From a virus: a stretch of DNA of 64,000 nucleotides. Below the pieces are notes generated by a model. The model was not told the origin of the DNA. It did not search any database and saw only the letters and a program-made list of their open reading frames with translations. This document shows, piece after piece, positions 9,354-18,800 of this stretch. Within the stretch, counting starts at the first letter, position 1, and the number at the start of each line of letters is the position of its first letter. Location: IMG/VR virus record IMGVR_UViG_3300030523_000005. One strand, written 5' to 3'. A program made the position numbers and the translations under genes.

Positions 9354-9656
9354 ATGATCACATCAACCGACGATACCACAACACAGAATGACGCCGTAGC
9401 CGCGCCCTCTCTTGTGCTCCATGCCGGCGGCGTGTGCCGCGAGAGTTGGGAGTTTAGCTGCTATGAGTGCGGCGACCTCATCGCGCAGAGTTGTACAGCG
9501 ACCGGCCACATCACGCTCGACGACGCGATCGAGCACGCCAAAGAGGCCGGGTGGCGCTTCAAAGACGACAACCCCCAGCGCGGCTGGCGCTGTCCCTATC
9601 ACGCGCTGTGGGATCTCCAGCCACCCATCATGCCTCAATTACGGAGGGTTTCATAA
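9354..9656 (+). CDS. Small Cys-rich (zinc-binding) phage protein
   Basis: CYECG..CPYH; GGGAGG RBS. Confidence 0.6.
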   Translation: MITSTDDTTTQNDAVAAPSLVLHAGGVCRESWEFSCYECGDLIAQSCTATGHITLDDAIEHAKEAGWRFKDDNPQRGWRCPYHALWDLQPPIMPQLRRVS

Positions 9657-9925
9657 TGGCAACCGTTAAAACCACGTCAACCACCTTCACGCGCGAATAC
9701 AGCCTCGACGACGGCGACGACAAAGCCGCGATCAAGCTGCGCTTGTCGGTGCCGTTCGACCTGGCGCCGGAGCGGGTCACGGCGATCCTCGACGACCTAG
9801 TGCAGGGGCTGGAGATCGAGCGCGATGAGTACCTGGAGCGGCGGGGCCTGGGCCGGCAACAGCGGCTCGTGCCGCTGACCGAGGGGCGCGGCTTCGTATC
9901 GACCCGGGGAGGGTACGAGTCATGA
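9656..9925 (+). CDS. Hypothetical protein
   Basis: GGAGG RBS; coupled to neighbours. Confidence 0.55.
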   Translation: MATVKTTSTTFTREYSLDDGDDKAAIKLRLSVPFDLAPERVTAILDDLVQGLEIERDEYLERRGLGRQQRLVPLTEGRGFVSTRGGYES

Positions 9926-10155
9926 GCCGCGCCTATCGCTGCGACGGCCCTTGCCAGCAGACCATCGCCCGCGACCGGGACGTGACAATCCTGAAGGCGC
10001 ACAAGCTGGGCAGCGACGATCAGTCGCCCTGGCTCGGCGTCAAGATCAAAGGGCGGACGTACGTGCACCTATGCGCGGAGTGCCTGGAGCGGGTGGCGGC
10101 CGTCGCGGTCTACGAGGAGCCGACGGGGGAGTCGAAAGAGGCGGTGGCCCCATGA
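9922..10155 (+). CDS. Small zinc-binding hypothetical protein
   Basis: CDGPC..HLCAECL; ATGA coupling. Confidence 0.6.
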   Translation: MSRAYRCDGPCQQTIARDRDVTILKAHKLGSDDQSPWLGVKIKGRTYVHLCAECLERVAAVAVYEEPTGESKEAVAP

Positions 10156-10556
10156 GAACCACGACCCGCGCCGCCCTCGCGGCTTTCATGTACGACGCGC
10201 TCTATGCGCTTGGGGTAGGGGCTGTCGTGCCTGTCTCGGTGTATATCAGTGACTACAAGGATGGGACGGTCCCACGCTGGACCGTCGTGGCGCGGGAGGA
10301 TGCCGGGCCAACGGGTGTTCTCCTGGAACTCGAAGACCCTGAGAGCGGGGCCGGTGCCAGGGCGTGTCAGCTTGTGCTCTTCGCTGAGGACAAGGGGCAT
10401 GTGCGGACGTGCGTCCTGGCTTTTCCGACGAAGGTCTTGCGCGGACCGCATTACATGAGCAGCGGAGATTGCCGCATGAACGCGCTGTGCGATCTGGTGC
10501 AGAACGCGGAGAAGGCCGGCCGGGGGCTGGCCGTCGCGGAAAGAGGGGTGGCCTGA
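10152..10556 (+). CDS. Hypothetical protein
   Basis: ATGA-coupled ORF in the operon. Confidence 0.5.
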   Translation: MRTTTRAALAAFMYDALYALGVGAVVPVSVYISDYKDGTVPRWTVVAREDAGPTGVLLELEDPESGAGARACQLVLFAEDKGHVRTCVLAFPTKVLRGPHYMSSGDCRMNALCDLVQNAEKAGRGLAVAERGVA

Positions 10557-10885
10557 TGACAACCGAAAAAGCAGTCCTGCCGCTGACGCCCTCAGCCCAG
10601 CCGGAGCCGATCACCCGCGCCGCCCTGGAGGGCCGTATCGCCGCGCAGGGCCACGAACTACGCCTCGTGCGCACGATCACGTACATGGATAGCGAGTTTC
10701 GCGGCGTCGAGGGCCGGCTGCCGTCGTACGCGACGTACCTGTCGTGCGCGACGTGCGGAGCGTCGGTGGATAAGGACACGGAGGGGATGGACGTGGACGC
10801 GCGGCTGCTCGCGGCGTGCCAGGAGCCGGTGTGGGTGAGCTACCAATGGGAAGGCGATGAGAACGACGAGGAGGGGGATGTATGA
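10556..10885 (+). CDS. Hypothetical protein with CxxC
   Basis: TGATG coupling; LSCATCG. Confidence 0.5.
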   Translation: MTTEKAVLPLTPSAQPEPITRAALEGRIAAQGHELRLVRTITYMDSEFRGVEGRLPSYATYLSCATCGASVDKDTEGMDVDARLLAACQEPVWVSYQWEGDENDEEGDV

Positions 10886-11916
10886 GCGCCGCCGAGAAGC
10901 CGCTACGTTCGCCCTTAACGTGGTTCGGGGGGAAGGGCGTCATCGCGCACAAGATCATTCCGCTGTTGCCGCCCCACGCGTGCTACGTCGAGCCCTTCTT
11001 CGGCGGCGGGTCGATCTTCTGGCACAAGGGGCATGTGCCGGTCGAAACCATCAACGACGTTGATGACGGTGTGATCCACTTCTACCGCGTGTTGCGCGAC
11101 CCGGCCCAGTTCGGGGAGTTCCGGCGCCTGTGCGCACTCACGCCCTACGCCCGGGCGGAGTTCGAGGACTGTCGTCGGCTCGTCGCGGAGAGCACAGACC
11201 CAGTGGAGCGCGCCTGGGCCTGGTTCGTGTGCGTGCGGCAGGCCTTCGCCGGCGGGACCGGCACGGGCGCGCGCTCCGGTTGGAAGTACAGCGTATCGCG
11301 CCAAAGCGGCGTGGAGGCGCGCGGCCAGGAGGCGATGGGAAAAGCGTACTGGGGCTACCGCACGGGCAACGTCGGCAACAGCGCCGGCAACCGCTGGCTC
11401 TCCACCGTGGCGGGGCTGCCCGAGGTCCACGCGCGGCTGCAGGGCGTGCAGATCGAGCACGGCGACTGGACGCGGGTCATGGACGCCTATGCCAAGCCCG
11501 ACGTCTGTTGCTACCTCGACCCTCCCTATGTGATGGAGACACGCGGACGCTACAGCAAGCGCTACGCCTACGAGTTGGCCGACGCGATGAATGAGGGCGG
11601 CCGGATCTGGACCGTGACACCGACACAAATGGAGGCCGACGTCGTGGCGCACCACGCGCTGGTCGATTACCTGCTGGCGTGCCCGGCCATGATCGTCCTC
11701 TCGGGGTATCGTTTCCGGCCGGTCCACGATCGGTTAGAGGAGCGTGGCTGGCAGCGTATCGACCTGGACGTGGCCCTGTCGAGCCCACGCCAACGGACCG
11801 GTGTGCGGCGCGTCGAGTCGGTGTGGCGTAACCCGAGCGCCGTGGCGGCGTGGATGCAGGCCCGTCAGCAACAGCCGTTGTTTCGCGAAGAGAGCGGGAC
11901 AGAGGGGGACAGATGA
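10882..11916 (+). CDS. dam: DNA adenine methyltransferase (Dam/D12 class)
   Basis: LTWFGGKG, YVEPFFGGGS, NDVD, YLDPPY, VLSGY motifs. Confidence 0.93.
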   Translation: MSAAEKPLRSPLTWFGGKGVIAHKIIPLLPPHACYVEPFFGGGSIFWHKGHVPVETINDVDDGVIHFYRVLRDPAQFGEFRRLCALTPYARAEFEDCRRLVAESTDPVERAWAWFVCVRQAFAGGTGTGARSGWKYSVSRQSGVEARGQEAMGKAYWGYRTGNVGNSAGNRWLSTVAGLPEVHARLQGVQIEHGDWTRVMDAYAKPDVCCYLDPPYVMETRGRYSKRYAYELADAMNEGGRIWTVTPTQMEADVVAHHALVDYLLACPAMIVLSGYRFRPVHDRLEERGWQRIDLDVALSSPRQRTGVRRVESVWRNPSAVAAWMQARQQQPLFREESGTEGDR

Positions 11917-12206
11917 TCACCGTGAGCCGTACCAACCCGCCACCGTGGATCGTGCACGTCGGTGAGAACGACCACGAGATGACCTGGCCCTTCACCACCC
12001 AGGCCGACGCGGAGGCGGCCTACCGTGTGGCCGTCGCGTCCGGCCAATTCGCGCATCAGCTCAGGACGGGCGCCACGCTGACGCTGGTGAGCCTCTGGCG
12101 GCGGGTGGATACGACCACGATCAGCGGTGAGCCGCATATGCATTACGTCGGCGTCGACGTGACGGACACACCACCGACAGGAGGGCCAACCAATGACACC
12201 CCTTGA
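11913..12206 (+). CDS. Hypothetical protein
   Basis: RBS and ATGA coupling. Confidence 0.5.
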   Translation: MITVSRTNPPPWIVHVGENDHEMTWPFTTQADAEAAYRVAVASGQFAHQLRTGATLTLVSLWRRVDTTTISGEPHMHYVGVDVTDTPPTGGPTNDTP

Positions 12207-12405
12207 GATGCGCTACGAGGCGCGGCCCGACCGATTTGGCACGCGCCTGTGGGACACACGCCACGGCTGCTGGATGAGCGCCGCGCACCCCAATGCCGCC
12301 TGGCTGCACGAGCTGGCCGTCATGCTCTCCATCCAGAGCAATGTTAGGGATGAGATGCGGGCTGAACGCCTGGCGTGGGAGGAGGTGTACGGCTCAGTAG
12401 CGTAG
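12193..12405 (+). CDS. Hypothetical protein
   Basis: GGAG RBS; overlaps the upstream gene end. Confidence 0.5.
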   Translation: MTPLEMRYEARPDRFGTRLWDTRHGCWMSAAHPNAAWLHELAVMLSIQSNVRDEMRAERLAWEEVYGSVA

Positions 12406-12415
12406 ATGCTTTTAC

Positions 12416-12435
12416 TGTGGATAAGGTGTGGATAG
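12416..12435 (-). promoter_or_regulatory. Two tandem DnaA-box-like 9-mers
   Basis: TGTGGATAA (perfect reverse complement of TTATCCACA) and TGTGGATAG, 2 nt apart, in an intergenic gap. Confidence 0.35.
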
Positions 12436-12458
12436 ATTGCGAGAGGAGAAAGAGGGAG

Positions 12459-12896
12459 ATGGACATTGAGCGGATCGCGCGGACATGCCACGAAGCCAAC
12501 CGGGCGCTGTGCCTGGCGTACGGCGACACGTCGCAGGTGGCGTGGGAAGACGCGCCCGCCGACATCAAGGCGTCGGCCATCGACGGCGTGGGCCACGCCG
12601 TTGACCACCCTGAAGCCACACCGGAAGATTCGCATCTGAACTGGTGCGCCTTCAAGGTGGCTGATGGCTGGGTCTACGGCCCGGAGAAGGACGCCGACAG
12701 GAAGACGCATCCCTGCCTGGTGGACTACGACAAGCTGCCAGCGGAGCAGCGAGCTAAGGACTATGTGTTTCAAGCCATTGTTCAGGCGCTGGTCTCGACG
12801 TGCGCGTCGCACGAGTGGCACAACGCGGGCTTCGACGGTATGGGCTGCCTGCGGCTGTATTGCCGGCAGTGTGGCGCGACAAAGAAAGAGTGTTAG
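12459..12896 (+). CDS. RyR-repeat-domain phage protein
   Basis: IARTCHEANR..SHLNW..K.ADGWVYGPEKD..KTHPCLVDYDKLP.EQRAKD. Confidence 0.85.
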   Translation: MDIERIARTCHEANRALCLAYGDTSQVAWEDAPADIKASAIDGVGHAVDHPEATPEDSHLNWCAFKVADGWVYGPEKDADRKTHPCLVDYDKLPAEQRAKDYVFQAIVQALVSTCASHEWHNAGFDGMGCLRLYCRQCGATKKEC

Positions 12897-12909
12897 GGGA
12901 GAGAACAGC

Positions 12910-13149
12910 ATGAGCAAGGATACGACGGTCACCATCGACAAGACCGCGCAGATCGCGCACGCCTTTACCTACCATCCTCCAAAAGAGGGCCAACCGGAAA
13001 AGTACACGCAGCTCCGCGAGAAGGCTAAAGAGTTGGCGCTGCTCATTGCTGAACTGACGCCGAGCAGCCGCGAGCAGTCCGTCGCGTTGACCGAGGTAGA
13101 AACGGCGGTGTTCTGGGCCAACGCGGCGATCGCGCGGCATGGCTCATGA
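12910..13149 (+). CDS. acb2: Acb2/Tad1-family nucleotide-signal sponge (anti-CBASS/Thoeris)
   Basis: FTYHPPKEGQPEKYTQLRE..LIAELTPSSREQSVALTEVETAVFWANAAIAR matches the family pattern. Confidence 0.8.
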   Translation: MSKDTTVTIDKTAQIAHAFTYHPPKEGQPEKYTQLREKAKELALLIAELTPSSREQSVALTEVETAVFWANAAIARHGS

Positions 13150-13541
13150 CGGACACGCGACGAGAGCGGTTAGCGGCGCTGGAGCACGAGCAATGGACTA
13201 TGTGGGCCGGCGACATCGCGTGCACGGAGGCGATCACGCCCGCGCGCCTCGCACGGTGGGAGCGGCTCATCGCGACGCCCTACGCGGACCTGACCGAGGC
13301 CGAGAAGGATCAGGATCGGGAGTGGGCCGACCGCGCGCTAGCGCTCCTCGACGTGGAGGGACAGATCGCCGCCGCCCCGTCGTTGGCGCTGCACCTGGTC
13401 GGGCGTGCGCTCGACACGCGGGCCGACGCGCTCGGCCGGGGCCAGGAGGCGCGGATGTGCCGCACGCTGGCGACGGAGGCGTACCGGCTGCGGCTCGCCG
13501 TCGTCGGCGCGGAGTACATCGAGAGCGAGGGATTGGAGTGA
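13146..13541 (+). CDS. RyR-like helical protein
   Basis: LAALEHEQW..W..PYADLTEAEKDQDREWA resembles the RyR repeat core. Confidence 0.55.
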   Translation: MTDTRRERLAALEHEQWTMWAGDIACTEAITPARLARWERLIATPYADLTEAEKDQDREWADRALALLDVEGQIAAAPSLALHLVGRALDTRADALGRGQEARMCRTLATEAYRLRLAVVGAEYIESEGLE

Positions 13542-13804
13542 TGGCTAAATACCGCAAGCGCCCGATCGTGATCGAGGCCGTGCCGTTCGACCCGCACGCC
13601 GCCGTGTGGCCGGCCGGCGTCACGCCCTGGCCCGATGAGCACGGCCGACAGCCCCGCGACATGAGTTGGGGCTACATCGACACGCACGACGGCCGGATGT
13701 CTGTGCAGGTCGGTGAATACATCGTGACGGATGCCGACGGCGACGTGTATCCATGCCCCGCGTCGGCCTTCAAGGCGCGCTACGAACGCGTGGAGGGCAC
13801 ATGA
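13541..13804 (+). CDS. Conserved phage protein of the KYRK(K/R)P.VIEA family
   Basis: KYRKRPIVIEAV..IDTHDG.M.V.VGEYIV.DADGDVYPC..F..RYE. Confidence 0.75.
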   Translation: MAKYRKRPIVIEAVPFDPHAAVWPAGVTPWPDEHGRQPRDMSWGYIDTHDGRMSVQVGEYIVTDADGDVYPCPASAFKARYERVEGT

Positions 13805-14037
13805 TGGCTTGGCGTTTCGTGCGGCCCTGGCGCAGGCGACGCCTCCCGGCCGTGGCAACGACAACGGACCGTGAGGCGAAGTTGTACCCCTTGCGCATAC
13901 GGACCACCATCGCCCATGACGTCCTGGAGCGCACCACGCGGGGGCGCTTCCCGTGCGCGGGCAGGGACGATGCCCGGATGCTGGCCGAGGTTCTGACCTG
14001 GCCGGCGGTGGGGCCAGGGCCGGGGGTACGCCGATGA
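13801..14037 (+). CDS. Hypothetical protein
   Basis: ATGA-coupled ORF. Confidence 0.4.
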   Translation: MMAWRFVRPWRRRRLPAVATTTDREAKLYPLRIRTTIAHDVLERTTRGRFPCAGRDDARMLAEVLTWPAVGPGPGVRR

Positions 14038-14148
14038 CGCGGGCACGACGGCGCCCGCTGCTGCGTGGCCGGGGCGGCCTGATTTGGCTCGACGATGAGT
14101 GGCATACGTGGTGTCTGGTGGTGCGCCGACGACCGTGGAGGAGATGGC

Positions 14149-14401
14149 GATGAGCCGCGCCGACGTGTTGGAGCGGCGACCATCCCGGCCGAGTAAGCGC
14201 GTGCACGCCGACGCCCGCCGGGCGGCCTGGGAGCCAGACGCGCGGGACCGCGAGATCGTGCGCCTGCGTGACGAGGAGGGCTGGACCGTCGCGCGGATTG
14301 GGACGCAGGTGGGGGTGTCCGGGCAACGGGTGAGTTACCTCTATTTGCGCTACAAGATCAGGATGGGGGAGCGCCACGCCGAAGGGGAGGATCGGGGATG
14401 A
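14149..14401 (+). CDS. Small HTH (sigma region 4-like) protein
   Basis: RDREIVRLRDEEGWTVARIGTQVGVSGQRVSYLY. Confidence 0.65.
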
Positions 14402-14643
14402 GAGGCGGGTGGTATCGCCGCTGGCGGGAGCGCGCGCGGGGTGAACGCTGCTGTGTGTGCGGTCAGCTGCTGGCTGGCCGCACGAGCAAGCCCGTGGCGC
14501 GCGGGTGGGACAGCGCGGGGGCGGAGACCTCAGCGGAGGCCGGGGACCGCCGCCGGCGCTGTGCCTCATGCGACGCGGCCTACTGGGCGGCATGGAGGAC
14601 GCGCCGGGAGGACGTCGGGCGGGACAGCCCTGAGCGGCCCTGA
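14398..14643 (+). CDS. Small zinc-finger-like protein
   Basis: CCVCG..CASCD; ATGA coupling. Confidence 0.45.
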   Translation: MRGGWYRRWRERARGERCCVCGQLLAGRTSKPVARGWDSAGAETSAEAGDRRRRCASCDAAYWAAWRTRREDVGRDSPERP

Positions 14644-14667
14644 GCGGCCACGGTGGCAAGAGACACG

Positions 14668-14703
14668 ACGAGGGCCTGCACCGCTATGGTGGCAGGCCCT
14701 CGT
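14668..14703. terminator. Hairpin between convergent genes (likely bidirectional terminator)
   Basis: acgagggcctgcacc / ggtggcaggccctcgt. Confidence 0.55.
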
Positions 14704-14725
14704 GCGTTGCCAGTGACAGGCTAGA

Positions 14726-14929
14726 TTATGGAATAGTCGTACGGGGCAGCACGGGCGCGGGACGGTTAACGGTTTTGGCGAAAACGCCGTAGACATGCCC
14801 GCACTGATTGCAATGCGCGACATTAAACCATGGGTCGCCGTCCTCAGACGTTTCGGTACTTGGCGTGGATACGATGTACTCTATGCCCTTGATGTCGCAA
14901 TCGGGGCATATTGGTCGTGCGTCAGCCAT
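14726..14929 (-). CDS. Small zinc-ribbon protein
   Basis: CPDC..CNQCGHVYG; AGGAG RBS. Confidence 0.65.
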   Translation of the reverse strand: MADARPICPDCDIKGIEYIVSTPSTETSEDGDPWFNVAHCNQCGHVYGVFAKTVNRPAPVLPRTTIP

Positions 14930-14969
14930 AGCTTACGTTCTCCTGTGATGTATGAACCGCCGTGCGGGG

Positions 14970-15206
14970 TTAGGCGGGGGTGTCGTCGTCGCGCATGGGG
15001 TTGGGGCGCTGTCTCGTGCTACGACTGGCGAGGTACGCGTCGAGCCACGCCTGGGTCGTCAGGTGTACGATGCGCGGTCCTGACATTTTGGTCACCGTCT
15101 TGAGGCGGCCGGATTGCACCGCTGCCGCGATGGTTTTGTTGCTCCTCATGCCCGCGCGCCTCTTGGCCTCAGTGACTGTGAAGTATTCCTGGTCATCATC
15201 GGGCAT
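14970..15206 (-). CDS. Excisionase/MerR-like HTH protein
   Basis: YFTVTEAKRRAG..TIAAAVQSGRLK..TTQAWLDAYL. Confidence 0.7.
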   Translation of the reverse strand: MPDDDQEYFTVTEAKRRAGMRSNKTIAAAVQSGRLKTVTKMSGPRIVHLTTQAWLDAYLASRSTRQRPNPMRDDDTPA

Positions 15207-15230
15207 GAGTCGCCGCTATCTCTCCCTACA

Positions 15231-15395
15231 TCATCCGTCTTCATCGTGGTGCTCCTCAAACCAACGTGGCTCCTCTTTCAAGAGATTATCCATCGCCCAC
15301 TGGCGCAAGAGGACCGCCGCCGGCGTACGCTTCTTTTTCGCGACATGCTCCAGGAGGGCGTGATCCTCGGGGGATAAGCGAACCGTGACTTTCAT
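15231..15395 (-). CDS. Ribbon-helix-helix (CopG-like) regulator
   Basis: KVTVRLSPEDHALLEHVAKKKRTPAAVLLRQWA. Confidence 0.75.
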   Translation of the reverse strand: MKVTVRLSPEDHALLEHVAKKKRTPAAVLLRQWAMDNLLKEEPRWFEEHHDEDG

Positions 15396-15492
15396 GGTGT
15401 GCTGCACTTCCCTTCGTCGTTTGTCTACCAACCTATTTCACCCCCTCATCGTTATAGAGCATGCCATAGGCTACTATACGACGACTAAGGGC

Positions 15493-15522
15493 TTGCCATG
15501 AGCCACTAAAAGCGGCTACTAT
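15493..15522 (+). promoter_or_regulatory. Sigma70-like promoter for the conjugation operon
   Basis: TTGCCA-18 nt-TACTAT in an AT-richer divergent intergenic region. Confidence 0.5.
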
Positions 15523-15610
15523 TAGTATACGGTAGACGGCTTAGAGCTATCTGTTAGCCGCTCATATCGCCTAACAGCCCCTGTCATAGCAACAGAAAGG
15601 GAGTTCACCC

Positions 15611-15862
15611 ATGTATCTGTCCACCATCATCGTCGGCCTGGCGCAAGCCGCGTGCGTCACGGGAGATCCCGTTTGCGAGAAGCTCAAAACCTACGCCGGC
15701 TGGATGCCCAGCTGGCTGCAATACGCGTGGGTCATCGGTATCGTGATCGCCGTCGTGATGGGCGTCATCGGCCATCGCCGCGGCTGGGACCACATGCGCG
15801 AGGTGATCACCGCGCTGATCATCGCGTCCGTCCTCATCAGCGGCGCGGCCACGTTCGTCTAG
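15611..15862 (+). CDS. VirB2/TrbC-like pilin
   Basis: 83 aa, two hydrophobic helices separated by GHRRGWDHMRE; first gene before VirB4; AGAAAGGGAG RBS. Confidence 0.65.
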   Translation: MYLSTIIVGLAQAACVTGDPVCEKLKTYAGWMPSWLQYAWVIGIVIAVVMGVIGHRRGWDHMREVITALIIASVLISGAATFV

Positions 15863-15884
15863 CATGGGGGAAGGGAGCACTCAC

Positions 15885-18800
15885 ATGGCCTATGGATGTC
15901 GGACTCTCGCTTTCGCGGACGACAAGACGCGCGTGCTCTTCGGCTTGACGGTACCGCAGACCGTTGCCGTCGTCGGCTCCTGGCAGGGCGTGCTGCATCT
16001 GGAGCCGCACCTGCTCGGCGGGTTCGGCGGCGTCGCGGCCGGCGGTCTCGTGATGGGGGTCTGCAAGCTCACCGACGGCGTGCGCCGGGAGGCGCGTCTG
16101 GCTCATCTCGGCGGCTACCTCGTGCGCCTCGTCCTTGGGGCCGGGAAAATCACGACGACGCGGCACATCATCCTGGAGGTGGACGGCTACACACGCGACG
16201 CGCTGACGGAGGATGAACAGGACACGCGTCTGGCCAACCGTCTGCAGACGATCATCGCGTCGATTGGGCCGGGTGGCGCCGCGCAAATCCTGGTCACCAA
16301 CAACGCGCGCGATCACCGCGCGCTCATCGAGGAGGCGCGCGCCAGCCAGCGTCCCCTCGGCCGAAACCTGGCCGAGCTGGGCGACCGCGCCGTGGAGCGG
16401 CTGGCGGCGCGCGGGATGCGCGAGACCGACATCCGGTTCTACCTCGTGCTCTACGAGCCCAAGGTGGCCCGCCGCGCGCCCTGGTGCCCGCGCCTAATGC
16501 GCCGGCTGCCGCTCCTCTCCCTCGTCGCGCGCCGTCTGTTCGGCGCGGGCACATCCTCTCAGCTGCTGCTGACGAATGTGGCCGCCGAGACACACACGCG
16601 CCTGCGCGCCATGGGGCTCTCCTCGCGCGTCGTGCCGGCGGTGACGGGTGACGACGCCACGGGGACCGCCCGTCCGCTGACAACCGGCGAGATGGGCAAC
16701 GCCTGCCGCCTCTCCGATGGGCGCTATGCGGCGAGCTTCTCGCTGCTGACGCCGCCCGCGCGCACCGATCCGGGGTGGCTTGATCGTCTGGTCAACCTTC
16801 CCGGACCGTATCGCCTGGCGGTGTGGGCACACGGCACCGACCCCAACCGGGAGCGCACGCGCCTCTCCACGCGCAACCGGCAGACGGGCTTACATCTGCT
16901 GACTGCGAGCGCCGGCGTGGGCGAGAAAAGCGCGCAGTTCACGGAAGCGGAAGAGGCCATGATGCGCCTCCGGCAGCCGAACCAGGCGATGATCAAGGCC
17001 GGGGTCTATGTGACCTGTATCGCGGATACGGCCGAGGACGCCATCGCCAAAGCCCAGCAGGGCGTGCTCGTGATGGCGTCGCCGGCGCCCGGCGTGTTCC
17101 ATCAATACCCGCTGGCGGCATCGACGCTGCCGGGGCATGACGCGGCGCGCTGCTGCTGGCGCATGGACGCCGAGACCGTCGCCAATATGTATCCGTTCAA
17201 CCGCACGAACCCCTCGACCGTCGCCGGGCTGACGCTGGGCGAGACCGACCGCGGCGAGCTCGTCAGGCTCGATCCTGGCGATGAGAGCCTGCGCAACTCC
17301 CTGGCCGTGATCTTCGGTCTTTCTGGCATGGGCAAATGCGTGACGCCGGACACCCTTGTGTGGGCGAAAGGGTTGCGGCGATTCGGGGACGTGTGGGGTG
17401 AGTCGTCGATCCAGGGGCCGCATACTGTTGACCATATCATCGGCTGGTACGACGATGGCGAGCGGGACGGCTACCGGGTCGAAACGGAGTCGGGCTTCGC
17501 GATTGACGGGACGCCCGCCCACCGCGTGTGGGTGCGCGACGACGATGGGTATGAGGGATGGCGACGCCTGGGTGAGTTGACGGGGCGCGAGTTCGTTGGC
17601 CTGGCCCGTGGCATGGCCGACTGGGGCGACGACGACATGCCGCTCGACGAGGCGTATGCGCTGGGAGTCGTCATCGCCGATGGGTGTTTCTCCGTGACCG
17701 GGCGGCGTCAGGCCCTCCAGGTGGACAAGCATCCCGTGGTGCTCGACGCCATCGCGCCCGTGCTGGGGCGCTGGCGCCACTGCGGCGGTAATCCGAGCGA
17801 CGCGGCGGTGACGATCACTCTGCATAACGATCGCCACGGGACAGCCAGTATCGGCGCGCCGCGCCTGCATACCTGGCTCGCCGACACGTACGGCCTATCG
17901 CCGGCCCACAGCCACGATAAGCACGTTCCTTCGTCCGTCTTGCGCGGCACGCGCCCCGTCGTGCGCGCTTTCCTGCGAGGCTACTTCGACGGGGATGGCT
18001 ACTGTAACACCCACGGTGGCCTACCGATTAACGTCGCGGTCAGCACCGCCAGCCCTGCCCTCGCCGCGCAGATACAGCACCTGCTCTTGGGCCTGGGGGT
18101 CTACGTCGCGCTGCGCTCCAAGACTGTCCCTAACCATCGGCCGGCGCACATCGTCGCCGTGCGTGACAGCGAGGCCTTCGCCCGCGAGGTAGGGTTCACG
18201 CGCTACGGCCTGCGCAAAGACCAGACCTTCCTAGCTCTCCTAGAGAGGCCGCGCAACACGAACGCTGATACCGTGCCGGGGATGCGCCCCCTTTTGCGCG
18301 CGGCGCGCGCCCAGGTCGATCGTTCCCATCCCGACGCCGCGGTGTGGGTCACGGCCGGGAGCGCTTACTGCGCCCCCAGCAGTACCTGCAACCCCAGTTA
18401 CGCAATGCTGCGCCGGCTCCTGCCCACGCTCACTCCAAGCTCCGAGCGATCCGAGATTGCGCGCATTATCGGCGAGCACCGGGCATGGACGCGCATTGCG
18501 CGGATCACGCCGTCCCTACAACGCCGGATCGACTGCGAGGTGGAAGGGTCACACGCCTTCGTGGGCAATGGGATGATCAACCACAACACCCTGGCCACGC
18601 AGAAGGTTATTTTGCAATGGCGGCTGCGTGGTGGGCCGGTCACGATCCTGGACCGCTCGGGGCACTACCAGTGGCTCGCGGACGTGATCGGCGGTGTGAC
18701 GGTCAGGACCGCCGACGAGATGGCGGCGCTTCCTCTAACCACGCCGTTCGTGATCGTGGACCTCACGACCAACGACTTCAACCCGGCGTTGCGCGCCGCC

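Noticed and set aside
10915-11727. 270-aa minus-strand ORF
   Set aside because: Antisense shadow of the Dam methylase
14628-14650. 10-bp tandem repeat TGAGCGGCCC as a target-site duplication of the conjugation module
   Set aside because: Both copies are adjacent at the left side and no matching copy was seen at the right junction near 26341
13310-14659. 449-aa minus-strand ORF
   Set aside because: Pro/Arg-rich low-complexity shadow over a coupled plus-strand operon
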